24,132 nucleotides of DNA from a virus (lineage: Duplodnaviria > Caudoviricetes): the IMG/VR virus record IMGVR_UViG_3300005332_000012, positions 1-24,132 of that record; one strand, 5' to 3'. The notes beneath the pieces are model-generated. The model was not told the origin of the DNA, ran no database searches, and saw nothing but the letters and a program-made list of their open reading frames with translations. The position numbers and the translations under genes were made by a program. Each line of letters begins with the position of its first letter. The first letter of the stretch is position 1. This document shows positions 15,490-22,613 of this stretch, in pieces.

Positions 15490-15524
15490 CGCGCCGCTGG
15501 GCTGGCCCCACCTAGCGAGGGAAC

Positions 15525-17435
15525 ATGCCCAGCACCGCAGAGCTCTTCGGCGGACACCGCGGCCACTACCGCGCCGGCGGCCCGCTGCGCCCGGACTACA
15601 CGGGCACCCAGGTAACCGAGCAGTTCGAGGCGTACAAGGCCGCCTTGCGGAAGGCGCACGCCGACCATGACGCGGGCACGGACGTCCTTGTCCCCTACGA
15701 GGGCATCCGCAAGAACGCCCGGCCGAGCAAGGCGCAGCACGAGGAGCGGATGCGCGTCCTGGAGACGCTGCGCAAGTCGCTGCCCGCCGACCAGCTGGCC
15801 GCGATGGACGCGGGCCTCGCCGACTTCTCCGCCCTGGTCGCGAAGGACTGGAACCAGGCGTACCCGGAGACCGGCGGCTACAACACGCAGCTCGCCCCGT
15901 ACAACCTCGAGGACCCCAGCAAGAAGCTGGTGCCGCGGCAGACGCCGCTGTGCAACTCGGTGCCGCGGGACAACAGCGGCAAGGGCTCGGCGCTGCAGTT
16001 CCGGCGGATCCTGGGCTGGACGAACGCGAACGTCGGCGGGGTCGCCGACCAGGCGCCGTTCCTCAGCTCGGAGTTCCCGACGGCGCAGGGCATCAGCCTG
16101 CCGCAGTTCGGCGGCCAGTCGACGGCCACGGGCGGCGTGCAGGGCACGACGGGCGTGCCGCTGCGCCGCGGCCAGAAGATCAACTACGCGGCCGACTCCA
16201 AGACGATCAACTACACCGAGCTGAGCCTCAGCGACTCCGTCTCCTGGAAGGCGCAGTACATCGGGCAGGGCTTCGAGGACATCCGCCAGCTGTCCCACAC
16301 CGCGACTTTGTGGGCGCACAAGCTCGGCGAGGAGAAGGCGCTGCTGTACAGCCGCGGCCCGTCCGCGAACGGCTACACCGGGCCGATCTCGGCGCCGTCG
16401 GGCCTGGCGGCGACGTCCAGCGGCGGGGCCGGCGGCGGCAGCATCCCGCTCGGCACCTACAGCGTGTTCGTGACCGCAGTCGGCGGCTGGGGCGAGTCCG
16501 CGCCGTCGAACATCGTCACCACGACCGCGATCAGCGTCAGCCCCGGCACGCTCACGATCACGACCTGGCCCACGCTGCCGTCCGGCGCGAACGGCTGGAA
16601 CGTGTACGTGTTCACCGCCGCGACCGGCAACTTCTTCTTCCAGACCTTCGTGGCCGCGGGCACGCCCGCCGCGGTCAACTCCGGCCTCGTGCTGACCAGC
16701 TACAACAGCTCGTCCGGCACGCTGGCGCAGAACGCCGCCGACTCCAGCGCGAACGTCAACGGCTACGACGGGTTCCTCACCGTCCTGCTGAACCCGTCGG
16801 TGTCCGGCTACGTCGCCACCTACGCGGCGAACGCGACGGCCGCCAACTCGGTCAACAGCATCGCGGGCCTCGGCCAGTCCGGCGCCCCGGCGCAGGGCGA
16901 CACGCCGTGGCAGACGATGTTCAAGACGCTGTACGGCGCCGGGGTCGAGCCGGGCAACTACGCCCAGTCCGGCACCGCCACGTCGTACGGGCAGAAGCTC
17001 CTCGCCGACCCGGACATCGTCTACGTCGACGGCGTCATCAGGAGCGCGCTCGGCACGTTCGTCGAGCACGGCGGCGGCACCGGCCTCTCGAGCGGCAATC
17101 CGGGCGGCTACCGGATCATGCTCACCCGCGACGAGATCAGCGGCGTGCAGGTCGGCAGCGTCGTCACCGGCATGGTGAACCAGACGACCGGCAAGGCCGT
17201 GGACCTGGAGGTCCACCCGTTCATGCCGCTCGGCGTGTCGTTCGCCTGGTCCAAGACGCTGCCCGTCCCCGACAGCGAGGTCGCCAACACGTTCGCGGTC
17301 AACAACGTGGTCGACTACATCGGCTACGACTGGCCTGACATCCAGTTCACCTACGACTTCAGCACCTACCAGCTGGGGACGTTCGTGCCGTACGCCCCCG
17401 CGTGGAGCGGGGCGATCGTGGGGCTGCAGGCGTGA
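15525..17435 (+). CDS. Major capsid protein with N-terminal pro-region and Fn3/Ig-like insertion
   Basis: Position after scaffold, GAGGG SD and strongly biased codons; YNLEDPSKKLVPRQTPL, EEKALL-S-G and VHPFMP motifs. Confidence 0.85.
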   Translation: MPSTAELFGGHRGHYRAGGPLRPDYTGTQVTEQFEAYKAALRKAHADHDAGTDVLVPYEGIRKNARPSKAQHEERMRVLETLRKSLPADQLAAMDAGLADFSALVAKDWNQAYPETGGYNTQLAPYNLEDPSKKLVPRQTPLCNSVPRDNSGKGSALQFRRILGWTNANVGGVADQAPFLSSEFPTAQGISLPQFGGQSTATGGVQGTTGVPLRRGQKINYAADSKTINYTELSLSDSVSWKAQYIGQGFEDIRQLSHTATLWAHKLGEEKALLYSRGPSANGYTGPISAPSGLAATSSGGAGGGSIPLGTYSVFVTAVGGWGESAPSNIVTTTAISVSPGTLTITTWPTLPSGANGWNVYVFTAATGNFFFQTFVAAGTPAAVNSGLVLTSYNSSSGTLAQNAADSSANVNGYDGFLTVLLNPSVSGYVATYAANATAANSVNSIAGLGQSGAPAQGDTPWQTMFKTLYGAGVEPGNYAQSGTATSYGQKLLADPDIVYVDGVIRSALGTFVEHGGGTGLSSGNPGGYRIMLTRDEISGVQVGSVVTGMVNQTTGKAVDLEVHPFMPLGVSFAWSKTLPVPDSEVANTFAVNNVVDYIGYDWPDIQFTYDFSTYQLGTFVPYAPAWSGAIVGLQA

Positions 17436-17671
17436 CGGCGCTGTCGGGGTCGACGCCGGCCTACGCGCCGAGCCCGCCGGGCAAGGGCCTGCAGGCCATG
17501 CCGGCGCTCACGTTCACGTGGGACGGCACCCCGAGCCTCCCGACGCTGACCGTCAAGCAGGGGGGCGTCACCTGCGTGACCTACAGCGGGCAGGCGCTCA
17601 TCCAGGACTCCGTCCCGGTGGCCGTGATGTCGGCGGCCTCCGGCGGCAACTCGTGGGAGGTAGGGCCATGA
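17432..17671 (+). CDS. Hypothetical virion-associated protein (79 aa)
   Basis: GTGA overlap with the capsid stop; high GC3. Confidence 0.65.
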   Translation: MTALSGSTPAYAPSPPGKGLQAMPALTFTWDGTPSLPTLTVKQGGVTCVTYSGQALIQDSVPVAVMSAASGGNSWEVGP

Positions 17672-17802
17672 TCCGCCGCAAGACAAGCGACCACGTGAGC
17701 ACCCCGCCGGGGTCGCCGAACACGATCCAGGGCGTGTCGGTGCTCGGCTACGGGCACGGCGACGCCGGCGCCCACCCGACCGTCACCTGGGTGATCAGGT
17801 GA
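17668..17802 (+). CDS. Small hypothetical protein (44 aa)
   Basis: GGGAGGT SD and ATGA overlap. Confidence 0.6.
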   Translation: MIRRKTSDHVSTPPGSPNTIQGVSVLGYGHGDAGAHPTVTWVIR

Positions 17803-18053
17803 CCAAGGTCATCCTCGGCAACGACGTCGCGCAGGTCGACGCGCCGTCCGGGCGCCGCTACGGCGGCAACATGCCCGGCCGGGTGTTCGACATGACGCCG
17901 GCCGACGCCGCGGCGGTGGTGAAGGCCGGCGGCGCGCTCGCGTCGGTGAGCGGCACCACCCGCCGGGCGATCGGCTACCGGTGCCGCTCGTGCGGGTTCG
18001 GGTCGGTCGTCAGGCGCTGCAGCAGGTGCGGGGGTGAGTGCCACCGTGAGTGA
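17799..18053 (+). CDS. Small zinc-ribbon protein
   Basis: GTGA overlap; CRSCGF...CSRCG. Confidence 0.7.
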   Translation: MTKVILGNDVAQVDAPSGRRYGGNMPGRVFDMTPADAAAVVKAGGALASVSGTTRRAIGYRCRSCGFGSVVRRCSRCGGECHRE

Positions 18054-18456
18054 CCACTGCGGCGAGTGCTTCCCGGACCGCGGCGAGCTGGCCCGGCTGG
18101 CGGAGAACGCCCAGGCGGGCCGCAGGGAGCCGTTCGTCGGCACGGGCGACCTGGCCACCGTCCTGTCCTGCGTCCACGGCGAGTGGGCGCTCGGCGACGT
18201 CCTCGCAGAGCAGCCTCGTGGCTGCACGGAGCTGACCAAGGCCGGGGAGCCGTGCAAGGGCACGCCCGGCCCCGACGGGCTGTGCGCCGCCCACAAGCCG
18301 AAGGAAGGTGCCAATGCTGCCGGAGATCTTTCGCCTGCTGTGGTGGACGCTGATCCACCGCAAGCGGCAGGCGGCGGCGAGGAAGGCCGCCAAGACCAGG
18401 GCGGCGCGCAAGAAGGCGCACCGCAAGACGGCGGCCAAGAAGCCAGCCGCCCCTAG
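18046..18456 (+). CDS. Hypothetical zinc-finger protein (start 18034 or 18046)
   Basis: CGEC...CVHG and CTELTKAGEPCK...GLCAAH motifs; the last ~47 codons overlap the next gene. Confidence 0.65.
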   Translation: MSDHCGECFPDRGELARLAENAQAGRREPFVGTGDLATVLSCVHGEWALGDVLAEQPRGCTELTKAGEPCKGTPGPDGLCAAHKPKEGANAAGDLSPAVVDADPPQAAGGGEEGRQDQGGAQEGAPQDGGQEASRP

Positions 18457-18526
18457 CCCCCGCTCGGGCAGGGTCCACCACCCGCGCAAGGCAGCGTCCC
18501 CCAAGCCCGCCACCCAGGCGGCCTAG
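18314..18526 (+). CDS. Small Lys/Arg/Ala-rich, histone H1-tail-like protein
   Basis: AAGGAAGGT SD; RKAAKTRAARKKAHRKTAAKKPAA is encoded by the preferred AAG/GCC/GCG codons. Confidence 0.7.
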   Translation: MLPEIFRLLWWTLIHRKRQAAARKAAKTRAARKKAHRKTAAKKPAAPSPRSGRVHHPRKAASPKPATQAA

Positions 18527-18543
18527 ACACACGGAGGTGAGAC

Positions 18544-19488
18544 GTGACGGCGGTCCCGGTCCTCGTCCCGCCTCCCTCCGGCGTCCTCACGCGGCCGTAC
18601 GTCACCCCGGCGATGTTCTCCGCCTACCCGACGTGGCTTGACCTTGACGACCTCGTGCCGGGCGGCGTCGCGTCCGTGCAGGAGGACGTCCTCGCCGACG
18701 TGCTGCTGCAGGCGTCGGACTGGGCGGTGGGGGCGTGCGAGGACATGCTGCTGCACGCCCACTTCGTGCAGGGCGAGCAGCTGCGCACCCGGGCCGGGGG
18801 CGGCGGCAAGCTCTACATAAAGCCCCGCGACATCCCCGTCCGGGCCATCACCAGCCTCAGCTACGGCTGGGATCCGTCGGCGATGACGTCGCTGTCGCTG
18901 CCCGCGCCGTCGATGTGGATCGAGGACGGCCGGGAGGTGTCCTTCGTCCCGTTCGGGGGCCTGAGCTTCACCGGCCCGGCGATCCAGTTCGGCCCTGACC
19001 CCCGGCCCGGGATGCTGACGTACGTGAACTGGAGCTATGTCGCCGGGTACCCGTTCGCGCTGCTGTCCGCCGCGGTGACGGCGGGCGCGAGCAGCATCAC
19101 GGTGGACGACCCGGCGGGCATCCTGCCCGGCGACGTGCTGCGCGTCTACGACCCGGGGCAGTCCGAGGCGCTGACGGTGGCCGCCTCGTACGTCCCGCAG
19201 GTCCCCACCGTCCCGGCAACCCAGACGGCCATCCCGCTGGCCGCGAATGCGCAGCACCCGCACGCTGTGGGCACCGGGGTAACCGGGATGCCCCGCAAGG
19301 TGCTGCAGGCCGTCATCGCGTTCACGGTCGCGCTGCTGATGCGGGAGGACGTGGCCGAGGAGGAGCCGGTCGCCGGGTTCGGGCCGTCCGCCAGGACGAC
19401 CGGCGGGGCGCGGGGCGGGCAGGCGGCCGGGCTGGTCAACGACGCCTACGGGTGGCTGTTCCCCTACGCGCCGACGTGGCGGTCGTGA
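18544..19488 (+). CDS. Head-tail adaptor/connector with inserted beta domain
   Basis: GGAGGT SD; YVTPAMF...LLQASDW, SYVAGY and PRKVLQAV adaptor motifs; synteny. Confidence 0.75.
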   Translation: MTAVPVLVPPPSGVLTRPYVTPAMFSAYPTWLDLDDLVPGGVASVQEDVLADVLLQASDWAVGACEDMLLHAHFVQGEQLRTRAGGGGKLYIKPRDIPVRAITSLSYGWDPSAMTSLSLPAPSMWIEDGREVSFVPFGGLSFTGPAIQFGPDPRPGMLTYVNWSYVAGYPFALLSAAVTAGASSITVDDPAGILPGDVLRVYDPGQSEALTVAASYVPQVPTVPATQTAIPLAANAQHPHAVGTGVTGMPRKVLQAVIAFTVALLMREDVAEEEPVAGFGPSARTTGGARGGQAAGLVNDAYGWLFPYAPTWRS

Positions 19489-20051
19489 TGGCCGGGGACC
19501 GGCAGCTGGTGCGCAACGCGGTCGCCGCCTACTTCGGCGGCAGCCTGGTCACCGCCGACGGCGGCACCTGCTACCAGGGCGGGCAGCTCACGCCCTACGG
19601 GCTCGGCACCGCCTACCCGTACACGGTCCGCGGCGTCCCCGACGAGTACTTCACGATAGGCCAGCCCCCCGGCCAGGACTGGGGCTGCGTGATGTCCACG
19701 ACCCGCCTCGAGCGGGCCACGACCCGCATCAGCTACGGCGGCAAGACGTCCGGCTACCGGCAGCGGCTGTACACGATCACCTGCGAGCTGGCGCTGATCT
19801 GCGAGCTGCCCCACATCGAGGTCGCCGGGGCGGGCCTGGATGACCTCGTCGACCAGGTGCACGCCCTCATCTACGCGGACCGCACGCTCGGCACGACGGG
19901 CAGCAGCTCGGTGCTGATCGTGGAGGCGGGCGAGGGCCGCAACGGCATCCGCGACGTGACCGAGCGGCTTGCGGGGCTGGACCCGGTGAAGGGCCGGTAC
20001 GCGGGCGAGGCGACCGTGACGTTCGAGGCGCTGACCATGGTCGCGGCATAG
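19488..20051 (+). CDS. Putative tail terminator / tail completion protein
   Basis: TGATG coupling; RQLVRNAV...LDDLVDQVHALIYADRTLG pattern; upstream of the tail tube gene. Confidence 0.6.
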   Translation: MAGDRQLVRNAVAAYFGGSLVTADGGTCYQGGQLTPYGLGTAYPYTVRGVPDEYFTIGQPPGQDWGCVMSTTRLERATTRISYGGKTSGYRQRLYTITCELALICELPHIEVAGAGLDDLVDQVHALIYADRTLGTTGSSSVLIVEAGEGRNGIRDVTERLAGLDPVKGRYAGEATVTFEALTMVAA

Positions 20052-20060
20052 GAGGCATGC

Positions 20061-20264
20061 ATGGAGTACAGGTACGCCGGGCCGCACCCGGTCGCCGACC
20101 CGGACAGCGGCGAGGCGATCCACCCGGGGGACGTCCGCGAATTCGATCAGGAGCCGGGGTGGGGGCCATGGGAGAAGGCTGACCGGGACAACGAGCCGCC
20201 AGCGCCGGAGCCGCCCGCCCCGCCCGCTGAGACCGCGCCAGAAGGCGCTGAGGGAGGCATGTGA
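20061..20264 (+). CDS. Small acidic Pro-rich protein preceding the tail tube
   Basis: AGGAGG SD; typical position of a small tail-associated ORF. Confidence 0.7.
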   Translation: MEYRYAGPHPVADPDSGEAIHPGDVREFDQEPGWGPWEKADRDNEPPAPEPPAPPAETAPEGAEGGM

Positions 20265-21541
20265 TGGCACCCCCGACGACCTTCAGCCCGGTCGCCGAGC
20301 AGGAACTGTACGTCGTCAAGGAGGCGACGCCCGGCACCGTCCCCGCGACCGTCGGCGTGCCGCTGGCGTTCACGTCGTTCAAGCCCAGCGACAAGCCGCT
20401 GTGGCTGCCCGACGAGTCGTTCCAGGGCAGCATGGGCGACGTCTACGGCGAGTACCAGGGGCCGCTCATCGCCTCCTGGGACCTCGGCGGCCACATCTAC
20501 GGCGACACCTTCGGGCACCTGTGCTACAACATCCTCGGCGACTACACGGCGACCGGCACCGCGGGCAGCGGCTCGACGACGCTGACGGCGCAGTGCACGG
20601 CGGGCGCGACCACCGCGACCGTCGCCAGCATCACCGGGTTCAGCAACGGGCAGGCCGTGCAGCTGGGCATCACCGCCGACGGCATCCCCGAGATCGTCAC
20701 GCTGAGCAGCCCGCCGTCCGGGGTGACGCTGACGTTCGCGAACACCCCGGCGCGGTTCACCCACGCCAACGCGGCGGCCGTCGCGGGCATGGTCGCGCCC
20801 TTCACCCACGTGTTCGCGCTGCTGAACGGGTCGCTGGGGTCGACCGTGGGGCCGGGGCAGCCGCCCACCCACACGTTCACCCACCGCAACGGCATCGCCG
20901 CCAACGGGGCCAACCAGTACGCCTACTCGTGCCTGTCGGAGCTGGTCATCACCGGCAACGCGGAAAAGCTGCTCGACTTCACCGCCAAGGCCACCTGCGC
21001 CAGCCGCGCGACGGCGGGCAGCGCCGTCGGGTTCCAGAACCTCGGCAGCGTGCAGCCGTACCCGTCATGGCGGACCGTCACCGGCATCGCCGGGCCCGCC
21101 AGCGGCGGCACGCAGGTCAGGAACATCGCCGAGCACATGATCACCATCACCCGCGCGGTGAAGGCGCTGAACACCGAGCAGGGCAGCCAGCAGCCGTACG
21201 TCATCGCCCGGGGGAAGCAGAGCAACACGGGCAAGCTCGTGTTCATGCCCAGCATCGACGACACGGCGCTGACGAACATGCTGGGCAACGTCCAGCCGCA
21301 GCTCCAGTTCGTCAGCAACAACGGCCTCGCCGGGGCGTCGAACGTGATCGTGCAGGTCGACATCGTGTTCGCCGCCTACGAGGTCGCCGACATCAACGAC
21401 GGCGCCGAGCTGTTCGGCTACGACGTCACGTTCAAGCCGATCCACACGGCCGCGAGCGCGGGCGGCATCACCACGACCGGCGCGTCCGGCGGCAAGGGCG
21501 CCGTCAAGGTCACGCTCACCAACGCCATCCCCACCTACTGA
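20264..21541 (+). CDS. Major tail (tube) protein with inserted beta domain
   Basis: KEATPGT N-terminal motif, FTHVF, and VKVTLTNAIPTY C-terminus; Thr/Gly/Ala-rich; directly upstream of the chaperones. Confidence 0.85.
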   Translation: MAPPTTFSPVAEQELYVVKEATPGTVPATVGVPLAFTSFKPSDKPLWLPDESFQGSMGDVYGEYQGPLIASWDLGGHIYGDTFGHLCYNILGDYTATGTAGSGSTTLTAQCTAGATTATVASITGFSNGQAVQLGITADGIPEIVTLSSPPSGVTLTFANTPARFTHANAAAVAGMVAPFTHVFALLNGSLGSTVGPGQPPTHTFTHRNGIAANGANQYAYSCLSELVITGNAEKLLDFTAKATCASRATAGSAVGFQNLGSVQPYPSWRTVTGIAGPASGGTQVRNIAEHMITITRAVKALNTEQGSQQPYVIARGKQSNTGKLVFMPSIDDTALTNMLGNVQPQLQFVSNNGLAGASNVIVQVDIVFAAYEVADINDGAELFGYDVTFKPIHTAASAGGITTTGASGGKGAVKVTLTNAIPTY

Positions 21542-21550
21542 GGAGTAACG

Positions 21551-21991
21551 ATGAGGACGACGCTGGAGTCCGGCGCGTGGGTCGAGCACGTGCCCATCGG
21601 CGAGCTGAAGGGCAAGCACAAGCGCGCCGTGGAGGCCGCCGGCAAGCCCCCGGTGAGCCCCGAGGCGTTCGACGGCGACGGCCAGGTCGACGTGCGCGCC
21701 GTGCTGTCCGGGATGGACATCTCATCGTGGCTGGCCGCCAGGCAGGACGCCCTCTGGGCGGTCCTCATCGAGGCATGGAGCTACGACCTGCCGGTGCCGG
21801 GGCTGGACGGCGGCGCCGTCGTGAACGCGGAATCGCTGGGGGAGCTGCCGCTGGGCGACTACGAGGAGATCGAGGCGCTGTTCGCCCCGTACGCGGCGAA
21901 GCTGGCGCGCCGCGCCGACCCAAAAGGGGCGATTACCTCCGCCTCAAATGGGTCGTCTCCGGCAAGGGCCGGCGGCTCCCGGAGGGGCTGA
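21551..21991 (+). CDS. Tail assembly chaperone (gpG-like)
   Basis: After the tail tube; GAGGAG SD; LIEAWSYDLPVP motif; slippery heptamer near the 3' end. Confidence 0.85.
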   Translation: MRTTLESGAWVEHVPIGELKGKHKRAVEAAGKPPVSPEAFDGDGQVDVRAVLSGMDISSWLAARQDALWAVLIEAWSYDLPVPGLDGGAVVNAESLGELPLGDYEEIEALFAPYAAKLARRADPKGAITSASNGSSPARAGGSRRG

Positions 21992-22149
21992 GCTGGGAGG
22001 CATACGACGACATCGTCCACATCATCAGGTTCGGGATCCCGCCGGCGGCCGGGATGGGCCGGGAGGAGCTGCCGCTGGAGGTCTACACCTGGCTGATGCC
22101 GGTGCAGATGGCGATCGACAAGGCGAGGGAGGAGGCGATGGCGAGATGA
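21919..22149 (+). CDS. -1 frameshift extension of the tail assembly chaperone (gpGT-like, about 199 aa fusion)
   Basis: In-frame C CCA AAA at 21919-21925; the -1 frame reads RGDYLRLKW...EELPLEVYTWL...AMAR to TGA 22149, coupled to the next ATG. Confidence 0.85.
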   Translation, partial: PKRGDYLRLKWVVSGKGRRLPEGLSWEAYDDIVHIIRFGIPPAAGMGREELPLEVYTWLMPVQMAIDKAREEAMAR

Positions 22150-22613
22150 CCCCGCTGGAGCTGCCCGTCCGCCTCAAGCGCATCGCGGACGAGGTCCGCG
22201 ACCGGGCCGCCCTTGACGCCGCCGACGCGATGGCCCAGTCCTACCAGCGCAGCGTGGTCCGGTCGATGCGCGGCCCGTCACCGTCGCCGCCGGGCACGCC
22301 CCCCGCGCGCCGCACGGGCACGCTGGCGCGGTCCGTGCGCCCCGAGCCGGCCGTCCCCGCCGGGGCCGGGCGGGCGCGCTCCAGCGTCGCCCCGCATACG
22401 GTCTACGCGCGCATCCAGCAGCTAGGCGGCCACGTCTACCCGGTGCGGGCGAAGGCGCTGCGCTGGACGGACAAGAGCGGCGTGCACTTCGCCCGCCACG
22501 TCTACCTGCCGAAGCGGCCGTACATGGTGCTGACGTACGCCCGCGCCAGGGAATGCCACGACGCCGCGAAGGCCGCCGTCGCCAGGGTCATCCGGGAGGC
22601 GCTCCGTGGCTGA
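22146..22613 (+). CDS. HK97 gp10 / Mu gpG-like virion morphogenesis (neck/tail completion) protein
   Basis: PARRTGTLARSV...VYARIQQLGG...LPKRPYM signature; GGAGG SD and ATGA overlap. Confidence 0.8.
   Translation: MTPLELPVRLKRIADEVRDRAALDAADAMAQSYQRSVVRSMRGPSPSPPGTPPARRTGTLARSVRPEPAVPAGAGRARSSVAPHTVYARIQQLGGHVYPVRAKALRWTDKSGVHFARHVYLPKRPYMVLTYARARECHDAAKAAVARVIREALRG

Noticed and set aside
15495-15517. Hairpin before the capsid SD as a terminator
   Set aside because: Only a 7-bp stem with a G-U pair and a 9-nt loop, no U-tract; expected by chance at this GC content.
9417-22149. Long alternative-frame plus-strand ORFs (9417..10850, 15950..17338, 20401..22149)
   Set aside because: Arg/Gly/Pro-rich frame artefacts of high GC. 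Only the last 74 codons of 20401..22149 are supported, as the chaperone -1 extension.
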